Shown here: positions 47,854 to 56,152 of the stretch, in pieces
How the letters are laid out: each line of letters starts with the position of its first letter
Position numbering within the stretch: position 1 is the stretch's first letter
Assembly (NCBI GenBank): GCA_027493955.1
Contig: JAOSJT010000001.1
Location: 4,056,003-4,120,002 of the forward strand
Direction of reading: 5' to 3'
Source of the DNA: Bacteroidia bacterium
GTDB lineage: Bacteria; Bacteroidota; Ignavibacteria; SZUA-365
Length of the DNA stretch: 64,000 bases
Notes under the pieces: generated by a model
Told to the model about the DNA's origin: nothing
Database searches by the model: none
What the model saw: only the letters and a program-made list of their open reading frames with translations
Translations under genes and position numbers: made by a program

Positions 47854-49743
47854 ATGGCCTGGCTGTACATGATTCATGCTCTGCGCATTCTGACCTTCAT
47901 TCTTCTTGTGACCTCCTGCGCTATGGCGCAACACTACACGCGCGGCGCGGCGCGTCTGGGGATACTCGGAGGTGTCAACATCGGCGGAGAAGAAGCCACA
48001 CTGAAGTACGCCCAGTACACATTGCATCCTTACGGTATGGCAACCGGACAGTATTATCCGGTACATCGTATCGCACTGTCCGCGTCGCTGTATGCCGGCA
48101 CACTGGCCGCCGAATTCAGCGGACGGGCACTTTTCCCCGGCTACGGACGGCAGCAGATTACGGAGTACGATACGAAGTATTACGGCGTCTCAGCGGGTGG
48201 GGATTGGATGGTGTACAGTTTCGGTGATTTCACGCCGTTCACGCGCTTCCGTCTCGGAACAATGATGCATCATACGCGGGTGATCGGCACCGGTGGTTTT
48301 GAACGACGTTTGTCGAAGGGCGCGCTTATTTACCAGTTTGGCGGCGGAATAGAGTACTCCCTCAACCGTGAAGTCAAGCTGACGTTCGGTTTCGACCTAA
48401 CGCTGAGCAATTCGGACGAGATTGACGGACTCGCCTCCGGCGGAAAAAACGACGCGCTTAGTGTTTTTTCTCTCGGCCTGGTCTTCCTTCTGCGTCCCGG
48501 AGAGCGAGAAGCTGTCCCAGCTACGCGACCCAGGCCGGTCAGGCCACGTACGACCACGACCGGCCCGGTGGCCGCGACGCAGCGGAGTGATACCGCGCAG
48601 ACACCTGTTGCGCAGCCGGCAGACGACGACTGGGGGCCTGGCACCAGTCCGGCCTGGTACGACGGCACGTACGAGCCCGCCCGTGACGCCGTCGCTCTGG
48701 AGCAAACGCCGATACATGCGGAAGCACTCATACCTGTCGAAGAGGGTGCGAAACTCCAGTTGGTAACGTCGCTCGCCCTGACACCGCTTCGCCGTTTTGC
48801 TGATCTTGAAGAAGATCCTTCTCTGTTCACCTTCACCGCGCGGCAGAACGGACGCGAAGCAATGCAACTGCGCAATTACATCGAGATTCTGCGCGACAAC
48901 GCCGTGATCTATCAGGGCAGCAGCGAGCTGCGATTGTCGGGTCGTGAACGAACGTTCACGGCCGATGAATTTGTGGATCTCCCGGAAATGCTGCTGCGCA
49001 CACAGGGTGACGAGACTTTGGTCCGTGGTAACTATGTCGTTCGTATCTCCACAGTAGCGTGGGACCATGAGCTCAGCAGCATCAGTCAGGCGAAATTCCT
49101 CAATATTGATCTTCGGCCGATCTTCGGCGCGTCTGCGGATACGGCGAAAAGCATCATTTCCACGAAAGCCATTGACGCGAGCGCGGAAGGGGAGGATGCG
49201 CTGCTCGTGAACTTCTTCGATCCTCCGCAGCGTGTCGGAGTGGCGGTATCGGGCGATACCGACAACTCCAGAGAGGCGTTCCGCATTACCCCAGCGACGA
49301 TAGGCAGTGCCGCGATGGAGGAACGTATTGCATCGGACATCGACCGCTCGGCCGGAGAAGCGTTGCGGCTGCGGGGATTGGCCGCGAACAATCGCGATGC
49401 GGCACGACTGCGTGTCATCCTGGCGGAAGTGTATTTCCCGCTCAATGACGACAGGATCACCGAGGAAGCACGCCTCATTCTCGACAATGTCGCGAGGCAT
49501 CTCAATCAGCATCCCGAGCTCTCGATTGAGGTGCGCGGCTATGCGAACGATCAGGGTGACGCGCCCTGGAACACGAATCTTGCACATCGCCGGGCGCAGC
49601 GTGTGGTGGAGTATCTCGTACGGCGGAAGTCGAATTCCTGGCGTCTCGGGACGCGCGAAAGCGAGGGATTCCTTGCGCCGATTCGTCCGGGTGAGGATGC
49701 GCGCACCGCGAGGAAGGCGGAGATCGTGCTTATCACGAAATAG
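47854..49743 (+). CDS. OmpA family protein (N-terminal beta-barrel-like region, long linker, C-terminal OmpA domain)
   Basis: The C-terminus is LILDNVARHLNQHPELSIEVRGYANDQG...NLAHRRAQRVVEYL. The start may instead be ATG 47869 (MIHALRILTFILLVTSCAMA). Confidence 0.8.
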   Translation: MAWLYMIHALRILTFILLVTSCAMAQHYTRGAARLGILGGVNIGGEEATLKYAQYTLHPYGMATGQYYPVHRIALSASLYAGTLAAEFSGRALFPGYGRQQITEYDTKYYGVSAGGDWMVYSFGDFTPFTRFRLGTMMHHTRVIGTGGFERRLSKGALIYQFGGGIEYSLNREVKLTFGFDLTLSNSDEIDGLASGGKNDALSVFSLGLVFLLRPGEREAVPATRPRPVRPRTTTTGPVAATQRSDTAQTPVAQPADDDWGPGTSPAWYDGTYEPARDAVALEQTPIHAEALIPVEEGAKLQLVTSLALTPLRRFADLEEDPSLFTFTARQNGREAMQLRNYIEILRDNAVIYQGSSELRLSGRERTFTADEFVDLPEMLLRTQGDETLVRGNYVVRISTVAWDHELSSISQAKFLNIDLRPIFGASADTAKSIISTKAIDASAEGEDALLVNFFDPPQRVGVAVSGDTDNSREAFRITPATIGSAAMEERIASDIDRSAGEALRLRGLAANNRDAARLRVILAEVYFPLNDDRITEEARLILDNVARHLNQHPELSIEVRGYANDQGDAPWNTNLAHRRAQRVVEYLVRRKSNSWRLGTRESEGFLAPIRPGEDARTARKAEIVLITK

Positions 49744-50545
49744 CGGGAGGCGTGAAAGGGATAGCGCGGAACGCCTCAGCGAAACGCAGAGCCTTTTCGG
49801 GATCCACCGGCGCGCTGCTTATTCCCTCTTGTTTGATCGAACTACCGACAATCACGCCGTGCGCTGCGGGAAAAAAGTCACTCAACGAATCCGCATCCGC
49901 TCCGCTCCCGACGTACACCGGTACCGGGGAAATGGCGGCGGCGGTTCGGAGGCGCTGCGCATCGGTTTTCCGTCCAGTCCCTTTTCCCGAAACAATGATT
50001 GCATCGGCAAGCCCGCGGTGCACGGTATCCGCGAGCGCGTCTTCGAAAGCCTCACCGGCCAGCGGTACCGCGTGCTTCACATGCACATCGGCCAGAATGG
50101 CGACATCGCCGGCCCCAATCGTCTGCCTGTAGCGCAGTGTTTCATGTGCCCGGCCTTCGATTATTCCCTGATCGGTGAGCATCGCGCCGGTATGCACGTT
50201 GACGCGAATGAATGCCGCTCCGACAGCGGCCGCGATAGCGAGCGACGCCCGCGCATCGTTGCGCAGCACCTGAACACCGAGCGGGAGGCCATACTGACAT
50301 TGCAACTGGTAAGCTATCACGCACATTTCCGCGATGACCTCAGGTCCGACTTCCGTTTTCGCGAACGGAACATCGCCGAAATTTTCCAGCAGCAGCGCAT
50401 CGAAGTCCGCATCGGCGAGAGCTTCCGCATCCCTGAGCGCATAAGCGAGAACATCCTCACGCGATCCGGCAAATCCGGGCGATCCTGGCAGCGCGGGCAG
50501 GTGTATCATACCGATCAGGCGAAGAGCGGAGAGATCGTGGGTCAT
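49733..50545 (-). CDS. btpA: BtpA/SgcQ family protein
   Basis: Start at ATG 50545 (MTHDLSALRLIGMIHLPALPGSPGF...ENFGDVPF). The 61-codon upstream extension in the ORF track is translated heptamer repeat (LCSLLSA)n. Its 3' end overlaps the convergent ompA-family gene by 11 nt. Confidence 0.8.
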   Translation of the reverse strand: MTHDLSALRLIGMIHLPALPGSPGFAGSREDVLAYALRDAEALADADFDALLLENFGDVPFAKTEVGPEVIAEMCVIAYQLQCQYGLPLGVQVLRNDARASLAIAAAVGAAFIRVNVHTGAMLTDQGIIEGRAHETLRYRQTIGAGDVAILADVHVKHAVPLAGEAFEDALADTVHRGLADAIIVSGKGTGRKTDAQRLRTAAAISPVPVYVGSGADADSLSDFFPAAHGVIVGSSIKQEGISSAPVDPEKALRFAEAFRAIPFTPPAIS

Positions 50546-50587
50546 CGTGGTCCTGATTGCAGAGTGACGAGTGCGCGGAACAGAAAC

Positions 50588-50692
50588 GAAGAGCAAAGAG
50601 CAAAGAGCAAAGAGCGGAGAGCAGAGAGCAGAGAGCAGAGAGCAGAGAGCAGAGAGCAGAGAGCAGAGAGCAGAGAGCAGAGAGCAGAGAGC
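50588..50692. repeat. Heptanucleotide microsatellite (AGAGCAR)n, about 15 units
   Basis: GAAGAGCAAAGAGCAAAGAGCAAAGAGCGGAGAGCAGAGAGCAGAGAGC... with strict 7-nt periodicity. Confidence 0.9.
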
Positions 50693-50796
50693 ACATCCAT
50701 ACAGGACCACTGACTCAGCAGAAAGCACTTACTCCATTTGAAAGAGGAATACGGACAACAATCGTTGCGCGCAGAGGGCCGTACGGCACGTGCATA

Positions 50797-50846
50797 CTCT
50801 CTGCTCTTCGCTCTCTGCTCTTCGCTCTCTGCTCTTCGCTCGCTGC
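50797..50846. repeat. Inverted-orientation partner array (CTCTCTGCTCTTCG)n, 3.5 units
   Basis: Its reverse complement, GAGCAGCGAGCGAAGAGCAGAGAGCGAAGAGCAGAGAG..., is largely complementary to the 50588-50692 array. It starts immediately after the lpdA stop. Confidence 0.85.
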
Positions 50847-52244
50847 TCAGAAATTGACCGACTCACCAAACGCCACGGCGGCGGCTTCCATCAATGCCTC
50901 GGACATGGTCGGATGGGCATGGACGGTTTTGATCAGTTCGAGTTCGGTGGTTTCGAAGGTGCGGCCCAGGGCGGCTTCGGCGATGAGTTCCGTCGCCTCC
51001 GCGCCGATGATATGCGCACCGAGCAACTCGCCGTACTGTGCGTCGAAAATCAGCTTCACGAAGCCTTCCGCGTGTCCGGCCGCCACCGCCTTGCCGGAAG
51101 CACTGAAGGGGAACTTCCCGATCTTCAGTTCATGGCCGAGTTCGCGTGCCTTCTTCTCTGTCAGACCGACACTTGCCACCTGGGGCTGACAATAGGTGCA
51201 ACCGGGGATGTTTGCGTAGTTGATGGGCTGGGGATGATGTCCCGCAAGCGCCTCCACGCATGTGATACCCTCGGCGGATGCGACATGGGCGAGCCAGGGC
51301 GGTCCCACAACGTCGCCGATGGCATACACGCCCGGCACAGTGGTCCGGTAATACTCGTCCACCTTGATGTACCCGCGATCGAGCTGCACACCGGCCTCCT
51401 CGAGCCCGACGCCTTCCACATTTCCCTGCACACCAACAGCCATGAGGGCCACGTCGCCTTCCAGCACTTCCGTGCCCTTGTCCGTCGCGACGCTCACTTT
51501 CACACCATCGCCATCCGTGGCGATTCCTTCGACGCGCGATTTGGTTTTCAGGCCGATTTTTTTCTTCCGGAAGTTTCGCTCCAGTTCTTTCGATACTTCT
51601 TCATCTTCTATCGGGAGGATATGGTCCATCATTTCCACGATGGTCACCTGCGTACCGAGGGCATTGTAGAAGTACGCGAATTCCACGCCGATGGCACCCG
51701 CACCGAGGACGATGAGCTTTTCCGGGCGTGTCTCCAGCGCCATCGCCTCGAAGTAGGAAATCACCTTTTTCCGGTCGATGTCGATGCCGGGAATACTGCG
51801 GGGGCGCGCACCGGTGGCCAGAATGACATGTTTGGCATGCAGCTCGTCGAGTTTGTTCCCGTCCTTGTCAAAGGTGCCGACGTTGGTGCCCCCGAGCAGT
51901 TTTCCCCAGGCGGGGATGTGCGTCACATTGTATTTCTTGAAAAGGAAAGCGACACCTTTGGACATCTTGTCGGCGATGCCGCGGCTACGCGCAATGATTT
52001 TCGAAAAATCGTAGGACAGGTTGTCGAAACTGATGCCGTAATCGCCGGCATGTTGCAGCGTTTCCCAGATCTCGGCATTTCGAAGCAGGGATTTCGTCGG
52101 GATGCAGCCCCAATTCAGGCAGATGCCGCCGAGATGCTTTGCCTCCACGCAGGCTGTAGAAAATCCGAGCTGCGCCGCGCGTATCGCCGCAACATATCCT
52201 CCGGGTCCCCCGCCGATAACTACCACATCAAAAGATTGTGCCAT
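50847..52244 (-). CDS. lpdA: Dihydrolipoyl dehydrogenase
   Basis: 465 aa with the FAD motif VVVIGGGPGGYVAAIRAAQLG, the redox disulfide CLNWGCIPTK, and the C-terminal HAHPTMSE interface motif. Confidence 0.95.
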   Translation of the reverse strand: MAQSFDVVVIGGGPGGYVAAIRAAQLGFSTACVEAKHLGGICLNWGCIPTKSLLRNAEIWETLQHAGDYGISFDNLSYDFSKIIARSRGIADKMSKGVAFLFKKYNVTHIPAWGKLLGGTNVGTFDKDGNKLDELHAKHVILATGARPRSIPGIDIDRKKVISYFEAMALETRPEKLIVLGAGAIGVEFAYFYNALGTQVTIVEMMDHILPIEDEEVSKELERNFRKKKIGLKTKSRVEGIATDGDGVKVSVATDKGTEVLEGDVALMAVGVQGNVEGVGLEEAGVQLDRGYIKVDEYYRTTVPGVYAIGDVVGPPWLAHVASAEGITCVEALAGHHPQPINYANIPGCTYCQPQVASVGLTEKKARELGHELKIGKFPFSASGKAVAAGHAEGFVKLIFDAQYGELLGAHIIGAEATELIAEAALGRTFETTELELIKTVHAHPTMSEALMEAAAVAFGESVNF

Positions 52245-52489
52245 GAGAATTCTACTCCGCTATGTCAATGAATTTTGCTCCTTCCCGAAAGATAGAAAGA
52301 CGTGGAGAAGGAATGAAATCCCGCAATACGCCAGTGAAACGACAGGCGGTGACACATCCGGGCATGCGGGAATACGCCGCAGCCGGGATCGTCGGCCCGC
52401 CGCTCCCGTCGCATGTGGCGTGCAGGCATTGCGCGTGCCGTAGTATTTCACCATTATGGAATACTATTGAGTCGCGAGGCTTGACGTGT

Positions 52490-54127
52490 ATGCCTGAATT
52501 GCGGTCCTCTCCCGCTGAACCATTCCGGACCACATTTTTCCTGAGTCCCGTTATCGCGGGGCTTCTCATTCTCGCCTGGGGATTTCTCTGGTGGCAGTAC
52601 ACTGTCGATGATACGTTCATCACCCTGCGCTATGCCGGGAATCTGGCCCAGGGGAACGGGGTCGTCTTCAATCCCGGAGATTATACCGAGGGCTACTCCA
52701 GTACTGTCTGGGTATTCGTTCTTGCCGGGATAGCACGTCTGGGATTCGATACCCTGGCGGCGGCCAAGGTGTTGGGCCTTCTGGCCTCGTTGTCGTTGTG
52801 TCTGCTGATGTATTTCGTCCTGCACCGGATGTCCGTTGACCCGCCTATTCGTTTTCTCACCGTTCTGGTCCTGGCAACCATCCCCGGCCTGCATATTCAT
52901 GGCGTATCCGGAATGGAAACACTGCCCTTCGCCTTGTCCATTGCCGTGTTGATTGCTCTGCCATTATTGACGTCGTCCCCACATCTGCGGAATCTCCTGC
53001 TGCCCCCACTTCTGCTGCTGATCGCAGCTTTCCGACCCGAAGGAGTACTGTTGTTCGCGGCTGCGTCGGCGGTATGGATTATCCGTGCACAGCGATCTCG
53101 CTTGCGCATACTTGTTATACTTGCATGGGTCGCCCTCATCCTCCTGTTTGTGCTGCGCTATTGGTACTACGGCAGTCTCCTCCCCAATACCTGGATGGCC
53201 AAACCATCACCGCTCCTTCACCATCTGACACGCGATCCGTTTTCCGCAGGGAGTATGACGACACTGATTGGTGCGTTCGGCCACGTGTTCCTCGCCTTCC
53301 CCGGGGGTTTGGTGGGTGCGGTGTTTCTTCTTCCGCTTATGATTCTCCCTGTACTAAGGAGACAGGACCTGGTCCGGTGTAGCGCGATTGCGGCGGCGCT
53401 CACGGGCGGCCTGTTCGTCACCTATGCCGCGGAAGACTGGATGCCTGGATATCGCTTTGCGCTCCCGTATCAGTTCCCGCTGCTGCTGCTGGCAGCGATC
53501 GGTGTGCAGTCTGTGCTTCACGGCACGAAGCCCGGCACCGGCCGACAGCGACGCGGTATTGTCATTGCCGTCGCCGCGATGCTGTTCGTGTACAACACGG
53601 GTATGACGGCGTACTGGTTTCACCGATACCGGAATACGACGGTCAATCCTGCGCTCGATGCAGCACAGTATGCGCCGATCGGTACATGGCTCAAACGCCA
53701 CAGCAGCCCGGGTGACCGCATTCTGGCCTACGAGGTCGGAGCGGTGTCCTATTACTCGGAAAGATCAGTAGTGGACTACGAAGGTCTCGTCACCAGAGAA
53801 GTCGCCAACATCGTGCGTGGTACTGCGGGGTACGACGCGATACGGTACGGCGGCGATACGGGAGCGATGCGTCGCATTGTCGCGTATTGTGTCGCGCAGG
53901 ATCCGGATTACCTGCTCATCCGCTCATCGGACACTGCGCAGATCGTACCGGGCCGTCCCCTCGATCCCGTCGTTGCGTCGGAAGCCATACAGCGGGCACT
54001 GGTTGCGGCGTTCGGATCGCTATTGACAGTCCGTACCGTTTTTCCTTTAAAACAGCATGATACGACCAGCCGAGACCGTTACGTGCTTCTCGGCCGGCGA
54101 TCGCAAACGCGGTTCCACGATCGTTGA
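52490..54127 (+). CDS. Polytopic membrane protein, putative GT-C fold glycosyltransferase (ArnT/PMT-like)
   Basis: Start chosen at ATG 52490. More than 10 predicted TM helices, with the N-terminal loop motif DDTFITLRYAGNLAQGNGVVFNPGDYTEGYSS. Family assignment is tentative. Confidence 0.55.
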   Translation: MPELRSSPAEPFRTTFFLSPVIAGLLILAWGFLWWQYTVDDTFITLRYAGNLAQGNGVVFNPGDYTEGYSSTVWVFVLAGIARLGFDTLAAAKVLGLLASLSLCLLMYFVLHRMSVDPPIRFLTVLVLATIPGLHIHGVSGMETLPFALSIAVLIALPLLTSSPHLRNLLLPPLLLLIAAFRPEGVLLFAAASAVWIIRAQRSRLRILVILAWVALILLFVLRYWYYGSLLPNTWMAKPSPLLHHLTRDPFSAGSMTTLIGAFGHVFLAFPGGLVGAVFLLPLMILPVLRRQDLVRCSAIAAALTGGLFVTYAAEDWMPGYRFALPYQFPLLLLAAIGVQSVLHGTKPGTGRQRRGIVIAVAAMLFVYNTGMTAYWFHRYRNTTVNPALDAAQYAPIGTWLKRHSSPGDRILAYEVGAVSYYSERSVVDYEGLVTREVANIVRGTAGYDAIRYGGDTGAMRRIVAYCVAQDPDYLLIRSSDTAQIVPGRPLDPVVASEAIQRALVAAFGSLLTVRTVFPLKQHDTTSRDRYVLLGRRSQTRFHDR

Positions 54128-55278
54128 GCGCTGGATCCGCAGGAAAGAAGAGCCCCGCCTTCCGTCCGCGCAGCTCGTTATCGCACCCCTTCACGTAAGT
54201 ACGCGAAACCACGGCAGCTGTCCACCGACGTCCGCTCCAAAGCACACTGCGGAATACGTTTTGTCCCTCGCTGTGGCCGTTGCGCATCGTCGTGAGTCGT
54301 ACTGGGATATCATGCGCGCGCATCGCATTCCACGTCCCAACACTTCGCATTCCTGCAACTACCTGTTCGTTGCTTTGCCGGTTTGTCCAGGAAAAGACTC
54401 GTTCGTGCTCCACCGGTTGTCACCCTTTGACAGAGGACGTCCGGAGGTGAAGGTATGGTGAGTCATATCCTTCGCGACGCCACATCGCTTCCCGCATTTC
54501 GGTGTTAGTGCGTAGCGACTGCATAGGGCATAATCAGCACGCGTCAACCTTCGGGTGCGGCAGTTCGACGTATGTTGCCCCGGGCTCTGTCACGGACGAG
54601 ATCACGGGAGAGAAGCCGCTGTGAGGCAGTCCGCGGAAACAGTGCAACCCGTGTGATCGCGCGGGCGTGTGAGAGAATGCGCAGCTACTTCGCGCGTGTG
54701 ATGGATACGCGGAAGTGCAGCGTTCCCGATTGCATGCGCGGTTGCACTGAAGCCCTGCACGCGGGTCTTGCCGGCTGTGGCGTAATACATCCTTCGCGGA
54801 CAGGTCAACACCGCGCCTTGGAGGACTTGACTTTCGGAGCATTTAACCGGATATTGCTTTCTGCTACGTTGCGAAGGTTTGTACCTTCCTTCGCCTGAAG
54901 TAGACCCGATGCACCTTTCTGTCAGGAGACGTACCTGTCCCTGGCACATCCCGTGAAGCACGCAAGCATTCTCCTGTCCGGTCATCCGCCGTTGCCTGCT
55001 GCGGCCTGCTGCTTCATGACGCACCATTGCGATGCCCCCAATGAATAACGAACGTCTGATCCCGTACGGTATGCACATGAGTCCTCTCCTGAGAGTGATG
55101 AGCGTCCTGCATCGCCTGCCACTGTGCGAGCGATGCGGTGCGCATTGCCGGTGCATTCATCCACTGCCGGAAATTGACAGACTGCATGCACACAGCCGCG
55201 TCGCCAACTCTCGTCGAGTGTGGTCGGTGTACGTCGTGGAGGCGCGTCGGGGACCCTGCATGAAAAGGGTGGCATCAG

Positions 55279-56151
55279 ATGCAGAATGCGGGAACATTCG
55301 ACGGAGCGCACATGCGTAGAGACTTTGAAGAGATCGCCGATGCGCTTCTGGCCTCGTGCGACATTGATATCAGGAGGTACGACAGAGAATTCGTGACCGG
55401 CATTCTGTCGCGGCGGATGAAGAGTCTCGGGTACGACGCTATTGATCAGTATCTCATGGAACTCCCTTCGCACCCGATCGAACGTAGCGAACTCCTCGCC
55501 ATGCTGCATAACACCTACACGGATTTTTACCGGGATCTTGTCACTACAGCAGTGCTCGAACGCAGCATACTCCCTGCCTTGGTCGAGCGGCGATGCGGAT
55601 CAGAGCGAAACTCCGTGCGTGTCTGGTCGGCAGCGTGCTCGTCCGGGCAGGAGGCCTACGGTATCGCGATGCTGCTGCATGACATTATTGCCGCGCGTGA
55701 ATGCGATTGTTCCTTTCGCGTATTTGCCACCGATAGAAATGCGAGCGTTTTGGACATTGCCATCAAGGGACGCTACGAACGGGAAAAGCTTGGCAGACTG
55801 CGCGTAGCGCAACTCGACACGTTTTTTACCGCCCACACGGATGGGTACGAGGTTTCGCACTCGCTCAGAACACATCTCGAATTCAGTCTCTATGATCTCT
55901 TTGATCCGGACTCCATGTGTCCTCCCGCCTGCATTTACGGTGAATTCGACGTCGTTCTCTGCAGCAACGTACTGCTGTATTACAATGAACGTACACGGCA
56001 ATTCGTTCTGGAGAAGTTACAACGATGTCTCGCCAGGAATGGTGTGCTTGTGACAGGCGAATCGGAGCGGGAGATTGTCACCACATCGGCATTGTTTAAA
56101 GGGTTTATGCCCGGATTACCCATTTATACCGCGAATACCGACAGGAGATAG
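55279..56151 (+). CDS. cheR: CheR-type protein-glutamate O-methyltransferase
   Basis: 290 aa. A CheR N-domain is followed by a SAM-binding domain (VRVWSAACSSGQEAYGIAMLL ... FDVVLCSNVLLYYN). Its stop lies 1 nt before the next ATG. Confidence 0.85.
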   Translation: MQNAGTFDGAHMRRDFEEIADALLASCDIDIRRYDREFVTGILSRRMKSLGYDAIDQYLMELPSHPIERSELLAMLHNTYTDFYRDLVTTAVLERSILPALVERRCGSERNSVRVWSAACSSGQEAYGIAMLLHDIIAARECDCSFRVFATDRNASVLDIAIKGRYEREKLGRLRVAQLDTFFTAHTDGYEVSHSLRTHLEFSLYDLFDPDSMCPPACIYGEFDVVLCSNVLLYYNERTRQFVLEKLQRCLARNGVLVTGESEREIVTTSALFKGFMPGLPIYTANTDRR

Positions 56152-56152
56152 C

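Noticed and set aside
49733-50728. N-terminal extensions offered by the ORF track (e.g. btpA to 50728, IS orfA to 14548, DUF4159 to 29425, ftcD from 32225, larE from 35670, the cytochrome from 6734)
   Set aside because: The extensions translate repeats or Arg/Pro-rich non-protein-like sequence. Internal ATG codons give canonical N-termini or signal peptides, and I verified them at the nucleotide level.
40071-52271. Other long shadow ORFs: 40071..41231 +, 42521..43714 -, 44209..45327 -, 44948..46093 -, 46403..47035 -, 48397..49587 -, 49307..50713 + and 50790..52271 +
   Set aside because: Each overlaps, on the opposite strand or in another frame, a gene with strong family signatures (T9SS protein, glmS, nadA, FG-GAP protein, OmpA-family protein, btpA, lpdA).
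53916-54413. 165-aa minus-strand ORF (GTG start) with a faint FGE/SUMF1-like C-terminal pattern (FRSVLWSGRRW...VSRTY...RGRKAGLFF)
   Set aside because: The similarity is weak and pattern-level only. The ORF would overlap the 3' end of the convergent membrane glycosyltransferase-like gene by ~210 bp, and an in-frame stop lies right upstream of its start. At best it is a decayed fragment.
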